Shown: positions 9,026 to 17,800 of the stretch, piece by piece
Numbering within the stretch: position 1 is the first letter of the stretch
How the letters are laid out: each line of letters opens with the position of its first letter
Sequence record: MT491208.1
Reading direction: 5' to 3' (one strand)
DNA length: 62,537 bases
DNA from: Pseudomonas phage vB_PaeM_USP_25
Notes under the pieces: model-generated
The model's input: only the letters and a program-made list of their open reading frames with translations
What the model was told of the DNA's origin: nothing
Databases searched by the model: none
Made by a program: the position numbers and the translations under genes

Positions 9026-10312
9026 ATGCCTACCCAAAACTCGCACGCCCCGTATGGCGACAAGAAAAATATGGTGCAACAGGCCGCTGGTCTGTTTGCC
9101 ACCCACCTGAAACGCAACAACAAGCTGTCGCGCCTGTTCGGCAAGATGCCCAAGGGCGAGGCGTCCGCTGCTGCTGTGATCAAGAACCAGACCAGCGCTG
9201 ACCTGCCGTTCGTGCGCTGCATGGACCTTGGCAAAGGCACTGGCGACGAAATCACCTTCAACATGGTGAACCCCTTCGGCGCCATCCCGATCATGGGCAG
9301 CGAGTACGCCGAGGGTCGCGGAACCGGCATGAGCCTGGAGCAGGACCGTCTGCGCGTGAACCAGGCCCGTCTGCCGGTGAAGCTCAGCGACACCATGACT
9401 GGCATTCGCTCGCCCGTTGACTTCCGCAAGCTGGGCCGCCCCGTCGCTCAGGCCACCATGGACCGCTACTGCGACCAGTCGCTGATCATCCATGCGGCCG
9501 GTGCGCGCGGCAGCGTGAACAACCTCACCTGGAGCGTGCCGCTGGAAAGCGACCCGCGTTTCAATGAGGTGATGGTTAACCGCGTCAAGGCGCCGACCAA
9601 GAACCGTCACTTCATCGTCGATGGCGATGGCGTGTCCGGCTTCAAGGCCAACGCGGGCGAAATGGACATCACCACCAGCGACGTGCTGAGCATGAGCGTG
9701 GTGGACTCTCTGCGTTCGGTGATGGACGAAATGGTCCTGCCGCCGCCTATCGTCAAGTTCGACGGTGACGAGGCGTCCGAGGACGACCCGCTGCGCGTGC
9801 TGCTGGTCACTCCGCTCCAGTACAACCAGTTCGCCGCCGATCCGGCGTTCCGCTCCATGCAGGCCGCTGCCCTGGCTCGCGCCGGCAACGCCAAGGGCCA
9901 CCCGATCTTCAAGGGTGAGGTGGGTCTGTGGAACAACTTCCTGATCGTGAAGCAGAACATCCCGATCCGCTTCTTCGCGGGCGACACGGTGAAGTATTGC
10001 GCCGACTACACCAGCGAAACCGAATCGGGCGTGCTGGTGCCGGCTTCCTTCACCAACAAGTTCGCGGTTGATCGCGCAATCCTGCTGGGCGGTCAAGCGG
10101 TGGGTGAAGCACTGGCCAAGTCCGACAAGTCGGGCATCCCGTACTTCTGGTCCGAGAAGGAAATGGACCACGGCGACAAGGTGGAACTGCTGATCGGCGC
10201 CATCCGTGGCGTCTCCAAGTTCCGCTTTGCGGTGAATACCGGCGAGCGCGTCGAGTTCACCGACTACGGCGTCAGCGTCCTGGACACCGTGGTTCCGCTG
10301 AACAACGTCTAA
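9026..10312 (+). CDS. major capsid protein
   Basis: 428-aa protein immediately after the scaffold gene, with a good RBS; followed by a stem-loop at 10323..10344. Confidence 0.75.
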   Translation: MPTQNSHAPYGDKKNMVQQAAGLFATHLKRNNKLSRLFGKMPKGEASAAAVIKNQTSADLPFVRCMDLGKGTGDEITFNMVNPFGAIPIMGSEYAEGRGTGMSLEQDRLRVNQARLPVKLSDTMTGIRSPVDFRKLGRPVAQATMDRYCDQSLIIHAAGARGSVNNLTWSVPLESDPRFNEVMVNRVKAPTKNRHFIVDGDGVSGFKANAGEMDITTSDVLSMSVVDSLRSVMDEMVLPPPIVKFDGDEASEDDPLRVLLVTPLQYNQFAADPAFRSMQAAALARAGNAKGHPIFKGEVGLWNNFLIVKQNIPIRFFAGDTVKYCADYTSETESGVLVPASFTNKFAVDRAILLGGQAVGEALAKSDKSGIPYFWSEKEMDHGDKVELLIGAIRGVSKFRFAVNTGERVEFTDYGVSVLDTVVPLNNV

Positions 10313-10375
10313 CCCTTCGAGCATGGGCGGGTCACACCGCCCATTCCCGGATCAATTCGCGATAGGAGGCCACAC

Positions 10376-10849
10376 ATGGCTACCGTGAAAGTAAAGAGCG
10401 CCCACATGCGCCAGTTCGGCAACGTGCCCTATGGCAACGTCACCACCCTGGCATTCGCCCTGGCAACCCTCGCAAGCGGGGCTGCCGCCAACTCCGACTC
10501 GACCGAAGCCCTTGGCATTGGCGACGTGGTGGATCTTGGCCCGCTGCCCGAAGGCATGCGCCTGGATGATGCCTCGGTGATCGTCACCACCGGCATGACC
10601 GCCACCATCACCGGCTCCCTCGGCTTCAAGTACGAGGACGGTGTGGACAGCACCGAGGTGCCGCAGGATGCCGCGTACTTCGGTTCTGGCATCGACCTGG
10701 CTGCTACCGGCCGCAAGCGCGCCACCGGCTCCAAGCTGGTGACGCTGCCCAAGCCTGCCCGCCTGATCCTGACCACTGCCGTGGCGGCCAACGCCAAGGC
10801 CAGTGACATCAAGGTCCTGGTGACGGGTGAGCAGATCGGCAACCGCTAA
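10376..10849 (+). CDS. virion structural protein (possible decoration or head protein)
   Basis: 157-aa Gly/Ala/Thr-rich protein after the capsid gene; followed by a hairpin at 10868..10898. Confidence 0.45.
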   Translation: MATVKVKSAHMRQFGNVPYGNVTTLAFALATLASGAAANSDSTEALGIGDVVDLGPLPEGMRLDDASVIVTTGMTATITGSLGFKYEDGVDSTEVPQDAAYFGSGIDLAATGRKRATGSKLVTLPKPARLILTTAVAANAKASDIKVLVTGEQIGNR

Positions 10850-10918
10850 GCGGTCGCGGTCGTAATCGGGGCGGGCCGGCACTGATCGGCTCGCCCCTTA
10901 TGCAGGAGTGGGACATCC

Positions 10919-11749
10919 ATGAAAGTTCTGGTAATCGCCCGAGTGGCGCACGAGATCAACCGCGCGTACTGCGCATCGCTGGGCGATACCTCTCAGCCGT
11001 CCTGGGACGAAGCGCCCGAGTGGCAGCAAAAGAGCGCCATTGCCGGCGTGGAAATGCACCTGGCCAACCCCGACGCAACCCCCGAGCAGTCGCATGAATC
11101 CTGGCTCAAGCAAAAGACCGAGGAAGGCTGGGTCTATGGCGAAGTCAAGGACGCCGAGAAGAAGCAGCATCCGTGCTGCGTGCCCTATGGCGAGCTTCCT
11201 GCCGAGCAGAAGGCAAAGGACTACCTGTTCCGCGCGGTCGTTCACCAGCTCAAGGACATTCCCGACGCGGAAGAGGCTGTAGCTGAGTACCTGAAGGCCA
11301 ATCCGGTACAGGCAGCGTCGAGCGTGCTTGCGCCAGCCATCCCAGCTCAGTCCGGCTGCGTGGGCGTGAAGTACATCGGGCGCCGCCCGTTCTGGAAGGA
11401 CACCGTGTATCACTCCGGCGTCACCTTCAGCACCGACCAGGTGCGCGCGCTGCCGCAGGCGCTGGCCGCCAAGCTGCTACGCCACATCGACCTGTTCGAG
11501 GAAGCCGAGTTTGCCACTGCGCAGCAGGATGACACCGGGTTCCAGATCGACGACGGCAAGAAGATCGAGGCCGCCAAGCGCGAGCGCGATATCGAGTTCG
11601 ACGTAATCGGCCAGATCAACCAGATGGACAAGAAGACGCTGGCGGACTTCGCAATGACCCGCTTCCAGCTCAAGGTCAACACGCGCAACACCCTGGAGCA
11701 AATGCGCAAGGAAGTGTCGCAACACGTTGATCGGTTCGGCGCCGTATGA
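10919..11749 (+). CDS. RyR (ryanodine-receptor) domain-containing protein
   Basis: N-terminus ARVAHEINRAYCASLGD...W..AP.W...S...GVEMHLANP...HESWLKQKTEEGWVYGEVKDAEKKQHPCCVPYGELP matches the bacterial/phage RyR domain pattern. Confidence 0.55.
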   Translation: MKVLVIARVAHEINRAYCASLGDTSQPSWDEAPEWQQKSAIAGVEMHLANPDATPEQSHESWLKQKTEEGWVYGEVKDAEKKQHPCCVPYGELPAEQKAKDYLFRAVVHQLKDIPDAEEAVAEYLKANPVQAASSVLAPAIPAQSGCVGVKYIGRRPFWKDTVYHSGVTFSTDQVRALPQALAAKLLRHIDLFEEAEFATAQQDDTGFQIDDGKKIEAAKRERDIEFDVIGQINQMDKKTLADFAMTRFQLKVNTRNTLEQMRKEVSQHVDRFGAV

Positions 11750-12423
11750 CCCTGGCCGACCTGATTGCCGCCTATCGCACGGATGCGAACGACAAGGCGG
11801 TCCCGTACTTCGCCAGTGATGAGGAAGTCACTGGCTGGCTGAACGAAGCCGAGAACGAGGCGGCGATACGCGGTCGGCTGATTCACGAGAGCGATACCCC
11901 GGCAGTCTGTGAGATTGCCGTGGTCGCCGGCACCGCGTCATACCCGCTGCATGCGTCGCTCTACGAGCTGTCGCATGTGGCGTTCCGGCCGGATGGTGGG
12001 GCTACGCGCAAGCCGGTGCTCCTTGTGTCGTCCGAGTACCTGGATGCCTGCATGCGTGACTGGCGCGACCGCGAAGGCTGCCCGCAGTACGCGATCCAGA
12101 GTGATAGCGGCATTCGCCTGGTGCCAAGGCCCGACGCGGCGGGCACATTGATCCTGGAGGGATACCGCCTACCCATGGAGCCAATGCTGCTGGCCGAGCA
12201 GGAGACGGCCACCCCAGAGATCAACGGCGCCCATCATCGGCACCTGGTCCAGTGGGCATTGCATTGTGGCTTCTCGATCCCCGACACGGAATCGTTCGAC
12301 CCGAACCGCGCAGGCATCGCCGAGGCTGCATTCACGCAGTATTTCGGCCACCGGCCTGACTCGGATCTGCGCCGCATCACGCGCGAGGACGTGCCGCAGA
12401 CCGTGAAGGCGTTCTGGCCGTGA
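11746..12423 (+). CDS. hypothetical structural protein (possible head-tail adaptor)
   Basis: 225-aa ORF in the head-completion position; start overlaps the upstream stop. Confidence 0.4.
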   Translation: MTLADLIAAYRTDANDKAVPYFASDEEVTGWLNEAENEAAIRGRLIHESDTPAVCEIAVVAGTASYPLHASLYELSHVAFRPDGGATRKPVLLVSSEYLDACMRDWRDREGCPQYAIQSDSGIRLVPRPDAAGTLILEGYRLPMEPMLLAEQETATPEINGAHHRHLVQWALHCGFSIPDTESFDPNRAGIAEAAFTQYFGHRPDSDLRRITREDVPQTVKAFWP

Positions 12424-12662
12424 CTGACCACTGCACGCTATGGCCGGAAGGCTGGTGGGCGGCGTGCTGCAAGGCTCATGACGACGACTACCTGGCACAG
12501 GTAGGGCAGGCGGTCGCTGACACCGACCTGCTGGCGTGCGTGGCTACGTCGGCGCCAACCCCGGTACTCGCAGCGGCATCCGCTGTCGTGGCGTTGGTCA
12601 TGTATGCCGGCGTGCGCGTGTTCGGCTCGCGCTTCTACCGAAAGGCAGCGCATCCCCTGTAG
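12420..12662 (+). CDS. hypothetical protein (80 aa, hydrophobic C-terminus)
   Basis: ATGA overlap with the upstream gene; its stop TAG lies inside a CCCCTGTAGGGCTGG motif. Confidence 0.4.
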   Translation: MTDHCTLWPEGWWAACCKAHDDDYLAQVGQAVADTDLLACVATSAPTPVLAAASAVVALVMYAGVRVFGSRFYRKAAHPL

Positions 12663-12725
12663 GGCTGGATGTTCCGCAGCCCCTCCGGGAGACTCAACAC
12701 GAACAGAACAGCGATAGGCGATTCC

Positions 12726-12938
12726 ATGTCGAAGATGACGGTAGACCTCAAGGTAGGCGAGACGCTGACCATCGGCGCGGCAACCGTGCGCCTGGAGCAG
12801 AAGTCGGGACAGCTCGCCCGCCTGGTGATCGTCGCCGACGACGCAACTCCTATCACACCCCCCAAAGCACGGCGGAACACCGCCAGCGAAGCGCGCATGA
12901 GTGCGCTCCACATTGAACCTGGAGCACACCATGGCTAA
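12726..12938 (+). CDS. CsrA/RsmA-like RNA-binding protein (weak similarity)
   Basis: MSKMTVDLKVGETLTIGAATVRLEQKSGQLARLVIVADDATPI resembles the CsrA pattern ...R.VGETL.IGD.V.V.VL...G.QVRIGI.AP; start chosen at the internal ATG; 3' end overlaps the next gene by ATGGCTAA. Confidence 0.4.
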   Translation: MSKMTVDLKVGETLTIGAATVRLEQKSGQLARLVIVADDATPITPPKARRNTASEARMSALHIEPGAHHG

Positions 12939-13338
12939 TACCCTGTACGACTTCGCACGCCAGCGCTTCCTCGAAGCGCAGATCAACTGGCTGACCGACA
13001 CCATGAAGGTGATCTTGGTCGATACCGGCTCTTACACGCCGCAGACCGCAGTTCACCAGTACCTGTCCGACATCCCGACCTCGGCGCGCATTGCCGGCCC
13101 CGTCACACTGACCAGCAAGACCACTACGGGCGGTGCTGCGGATGCGGCGGACGTGACGTTCACCAGCGTTACCGGCCCGAGCATCGAGGCCATCGTGATC
13201 TTCTCCGACACCGGCACCGAGTCCACCAGTCCGCTGGTTGCGTTCATTGACACGGCCACCGGCCTGCCTATCACCCCGAACGGCGGCGACATCATCGTCA
13301 CTTGGGACAACGGCGTGAACAAGATATTCAAGGTCTGA
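12931..13338 (+). CDS. virion structural protein (135 aa)
   Basis: MANTLYDF...; coupled start; Thr/Gly-rich beta-type composition. Confidence 0.45.
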   Translation: MANTLYDFARQRFLEAQINWLTDTMKVILVDTGSYTPQTAVHQYLSDIPTSARIAGPVTLTSKTTTGGAADAADVTFTSVTGPSIEAIVIFSDTGTESTSPLVAFIDTATGLPITPNGGDIIVTWDNGVNKIFKV

Positions 13339-13345
13339 CGACCGA

Positions 13346-13654
13346 TTGCGCAGGAGTGCGACCATGAAGAAACCACCAACACAGGTAGCCGGCGTACAGG
13401 GCTTCTCTGCTTTCGAGGCCAAGCCTACGCCACGGACATTCATTGACTGGTATCGGCTGTGCGGACTGCCGCCGTTCCAGATGTATGCGGTGGAGCGCTC
13501 GGGCAAGTCGCCCAGTAACCAGCAGGACTGGATGAACGACTGGCTGCAAAGCCATGACGATCCACTGCGGCTGTACGACGACTACTGCCAGTGGCACCGA
13601 AGCAAAGGCTACTGGCCGAACGAGACGCCGATGGGCGAGGTAGAACAGGTATGA
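13346..13654 (+). CDS. hypothetical protein (102 aa)
   Basis: RBS GGAG before ATG; Trp-rich. Confidence 0.45.
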   Translation: MRRSATMKKPPTQVAGVQGFSAFEAKPTPRTFIDWYRLCGLPPFQMYAVERSGKSPSNQQDWMNDWLQSHDDPLRLYDDYCQWHRSKGYWPNETPMGEVEQV

Positions 13655-14883
13655 GAAAGCTGCTTGTATACTCGTCGCGGAGCCAAGCGAGTTCTATGAC
13701 GGTCTTTCGCTTACGCGACGGCCTCACTCCGCTGCTTTCAGGTGAGAGTACGGGTGATCTCCGAATGACGGGTTTCGCTCGGCCGGGTTATGCCATTTCC
13801 CCAGACGGGCAAAAGGTTGTGGTCACGAATGGTGCTGGCGGCACAGGCAACTTCCTGTACTCGGATGAGGGGCCGACCGAGCAGCACATCTTTCCTTCGG
13901 CCAAGACCGCCACGGCAAACTTCAATGGCGCGATCAACGCCATCGCGGCCGGCGATGAGTTCTTTGCCGTGGGTGGCTCAACCCCGTTCCTGTACATCCT
14001 TGACTGGAGCGGGAACCTTCAGTCGGTGAACGTAACTGGAATAGCTCAGGTGCGGAACCTGGCCTTCAGTCCAGACGGGCTGCGCCTGGCGGTCCTGCAC
14101 GCTTCTGCGCCCTATCTGAGGATCTACAACACAAGCGATTGGTCGTTCGTCAACGTAGCGTCCGGCTTAGGCGGCGCCAGCTCAAACTATAACGACCTGT
14201 ATTTCACAGGCGATGGCCGCCTGGTTGTTGGAAGCACGGTGGCGCCGTACTTGGCGACTGTCAATCTTGCCACTGGCGCGATACTGAACTCGATTTCAAG
14301 TGCCGTCTCGCTGAATAGCGTATCAGGACTCATGAAGCACCCCGACAGCAACCAGCTTATATGGGTGGGATCTTCTTCATCGTCAGCGTCTAAGCATATC
14401 GGTGTCTATGATCTCGATTCGTACCAGCTTAGCCTTCCCTTTGCTGATATCGGCACTACGATTTGGTCCGCCGTTCTTGATAAGGTGAACCGGGAGATCA
14501 TTTTCTTGCATAGTGACGCGCTGGGTCGCAATTGCTCGATCATCAAGCTTGATGAGCCATCGGTGATTCACGATCCGGGTGACGACATCAAATCGCATGT
14601 GACCGGCACCCCCTCGCCACAGGGCCTCGTGATACTGGAGCGTGATATTGCACGGATCAACGGTACGGTCCGCGATATTGACAACCTTCCTGCTGCGCGT
14701 CGTGTGATCGCCTTCCATCGAGAGGGTGGCTATATGGCGGCGTCCACCATGTCCGATCCATCTACAGGGGACTATGAGCTGATCGTGGAGAACACGGACT
14801 TGCATGACGTTCAGTTCCGCGTCGAGGAAGGCGAGCTGCTTAACGATCTTTTCTTTGCTCGCGTAGAACCAGAGGCCGTGTAA
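13651..14883 (+). CDS. tail protein with beta-propeller-like repeats (candidate receptor-binding protein)
   Basis: ATGA overlap with the upstream stop; repeated FSPDG...L.V motifs; GC content clearly lower than flanking genes. Confidence 0.5.
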   Translation: MRKLLVYSSRSQASSMTVFRLRDGLTPLLSGESTGDLRMTGFARPGYAISPDGQKVVVTNGAGGTGNFLYSDEGPTEQHIFPSAKTATANFNGAINAIAAGDEFFAVGGSTPFLYILDWSGNLQSVNVTGIAQVRNLAFSPDGLRLAVLHASAPYLRIYNTSDWSFVNVASGLGGASSNYNDLYFTGDGRLVVGSTVAPYLATVNLATGAILNSISSAVSLNSVSGLMKHPDSNQLIWVGSSSSSASKHIGVYDLDSYQLSLPFADIGTTIWSAVLDKVNREIIFLHSDALGRNCSIIKLDEPSVIHDPGDDIKSHVTGTPSPQGLVILERDIARINGTVRDIDNLPAARRVIAFHREGGYMAASTMSDPSTGDYELIVENTDLHDVQFRVEEGELLNDLFFARVEPEAV

Positions 14884-14884
14884 C

Positions 14885-17800
14885 GTGCCGCTGCATGCGG
14901 TCCCGCTCAATGCCGATTGGGTAGGCGCAGGCGCTTATCGAGGGGGCTTTGGTCGTGCAGATGGCAGCTGGGGGCTTGGTGATCGGCAGCAGGTAGCTGC
15001 CCCCGGCATCCATAGTCCCGGTGCGGGCCTGCCCGCGCTCAAGTGGGAGCAGTTCGCGGCTCCAAGCGCAATAGAGGGGCTGGAACTCGGCGCAAGCTGG
15101 GTAACGCATCCCTCGGACTATCAGAGACGCCAGTTTGTCGTAGATGGAGAGTGGGCCGGAGCTGGACCGTATACCGGAACAATCGGCTTTGTCCGTGGAT
15201 CTTGGTCTGACCAGATCGTCATTTCGCCTGGCGGCTTCGCGTCCTCGGAGTTCGCCGAGCCGCTGATCTTCTCGTCGCAGTTCGTGGCGCCTGCGGGCGT
15301 GGATTCGTTGGCGGCCGCTGGGCAGCACTACGCGCTCTTCAGCTGGCAGTACGCGCCGCCTCAGTGGCGGCTTGACGCTTCGTGGGTCGGGCGGGACAGC
15401 TATGCGCCCCCGGCCGCAGCCACCACGGACGGCGCATGGTCTCTCCCGAGCGAATCCAAGCAGGTGTCGCTGACCGGCTGGGATGGTCTAGCGCTAGGTT
15501 TCCCCTCACTTGAGCGCATGCTCGGCATTCTCTCGCCCACAGGCATTCAGCCTGTCGAGATCCCGAGCCATACAGTCGCCAACCTGGCCGCCCCGATACG
15601 CCCGTCAGGATTCAATGCGCAGGCGTTCGGTGCTGCCGAGGCTTGGAACTGGCGCCGGTATGTAGGCGGAAGAGGGTTTGTCGCGTCGCTCTATGGCGTC
15701 GCCTATGCGCAGGGCGGCGTGAAGGAGATCGCGCCCAAAGGGCTGATACCGCCGCCGCTCGGAACGATCAGCGTTATCAATACGAAGGCCGACCAGCAAG
15801 CGCAGCCGAAGGGGATCGCTGCGCCGCCACTGGGCGCTCCTGGCGTTTCGCCGCGCACGGTCTGGCCGTCCGGGGTCTACGGAACCGGGGCCGGCTTCCC
15901 TCGCGTGCAGTTCCCGCCTCAGCCGTCAGGCTGGCAATCAAGCACCTTCGGTTACGCTGTCGTCGAGTACAAGACCAAGCTCGCAGCCCCCGTTGGTATT
16001 GACGGATTCAGCACTGGGTTCCCGGCTATCCGGGACCGCGCAATAACGATTCAGCACCATGCGTCGCCGGTAACAGCGCTCTTCGGTGACGTGCTTGTGC
16101 GGACGCTCAACCAGGCTCTGAGAGTGCAGGGGTTCGACTCCTTCATCGCGGGCGACTGGTCCGAGGTGCGCAGTACGCGCAGATGGCTGGTGGTCGAGGG
16201 TCGCGCGCTCTCTGAGTACGGCCACGCCGCCATACGCAACAAGACTCCATCCTTCGCTCCTGCGGGCTGGGAATCGCTTGACTGGGGCGATCCAGACGTA
16301 GGCTGGCGCATTCGCTCCGTGACTCCAAGCGGCATCGCGACTCCGTTTCAGCAGGTCGCTCAGCCGTCTCTTTGGCAGACCCCATCGCTCAAGCCGGCAG
16401 GGCTGGCGGCGCCAGCGGTCCCATCGCCGTACATTTGGGATGCTCGTCGTTATGTGCTCGCGCGCGGCGCTGACCTGTCCGCTGTCGGGTCGCCGACGGT
16501 AGGGTTCACCTGGAGGCGACTGACGCTCGAAGGGCGGGGCGTGGCGGGAGCCGCCTATGGCCGACCGTGGCTCAGTCACTGGACGCGCAATCTGCCTGTG
16601 CTTGGCGCCGACTATCTGCGCGCAGGCGTGCCCTGGGTGACTCCAGGCGTCAGGTACGTCGAGCCGGTAGCTATCCCGGAAATCTACATGTCTCGCCACC
16701 AGGTCGGTGGGACGCGCTACCTGGGGCCGGAAGGGTTTGACGCGGTGCGCTGGCTGACGCGCATCATTCCCGAGAGCCAGGAGATATTCCCCAAGACCTT
16801 CGGCGCCAGCTACGGGGCGCCGCGCGTAATTCATCGGACGGTCTATCTGCTCCCGCTTGGGATCACCACCTACCCCGAAGAGTTCATGCATTGGGGCGTG
16901 GCGCGTACCTGGAACCTGCGCCAGATCATCACGCAGAACGAGGCTGAGGAAAGCGAGCTGCGTCCGCTGCCATGGTCGCAGTGGACGCTGGTCGAGAATC
17001 GCAACAGGCCGGTACGTGCGGCAGGGTTCGTCGCGGGCCGGTATGGCAGCGCGCTGGTGACTAACGCAGCCAGGCCGGTGTATGGCATCGGTATCCCTTA
17101 CCCTGCGCTGCCCGAGTATTACCAGGCCGGATCTGTCACCCATGCTCAGCGATGGCTGGCCCTCGACGGCATAGAGCCGCCGCCGATATCTCGCTGGGCG
17201 GTCGCGCACAACAAGGCAGTGCCGCTTCTGGCCTCCGGGTATGTGGCAAGCGCGTTCGGAACCGCAGGGGTGGTCAATCTTCGGCGCTTCTACCAGGCTC
17301 AGGGGTGGGCGTCAGACGTGTTCGGCTATGCCTTCGTCGCAGGCGCCATCCGCACACTGACGTTCGAGGGACGCTACGGCATCCAGCCGCCTGTGATCGC
17401 GATGCCGAGCGTTTATCTCAGCACGCGATATGTCGAGCCGCCCCCAATCGCGACGGACCAGTCCAAGCTGGGTCTTCCGATTCTGATCATGCACCGCAAC
17501 GAGATCATTCCTCGCTGGTCGCATTCAGATCGGGTCGGAACAGAGATCCGCGTGCGTAACGTGACGCCAGAGGTGATGACCAAGGGGCGCAATTCGGAGG
17601 AATTTGGTGATGCCTTCACGCGCCTGGAGTGGCGACCTGTAGATGCTCACGGCACCAGCATGCAACTGTTCGGATCGGCTCGGATCGCCGACCGGCGACA
17701 GAGCATTGCCGTGGCAGGTCGAAACTTCATGGCCATCGGCGACAAGATCACCGTGCGCAGGATCGGCCAAGATCCGGTTGTGACACAGCGGATTGATCTT

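Noticed and set aside
8519-10324. 601-aa ORF on the minus strand antisense to the major capsid gene. Similar long antisense or off-frame ORFs occur at 2000..2815, 5152..6138, 6682..7536, 24469..25800, 32743..35184, 36013..37641, 39436..40674 and elsewhere.
   Set aside because: Typical of 65% GC DNA, where stop codons are rare in non-coding frames. Translations are Arg/Ala/Gly/Pro-rich junk with no codon-position GC signature, and they overlap well-supported sense genes.
10323-10898. Stem-loops after the capsid gene (10323..10344 ATGGGCGG-gtcacac-CCGCCCAT) and after the next gene (10868..10898 GGGGCGGGCCGG…CCGATCGGCTCGCCCC), as possible terminators.
   Set aside because: GC-rich hairpins, but neither is followed by a convincing U-tract. 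They may be RNA stability elements or partial terminators, so they were not called as features.
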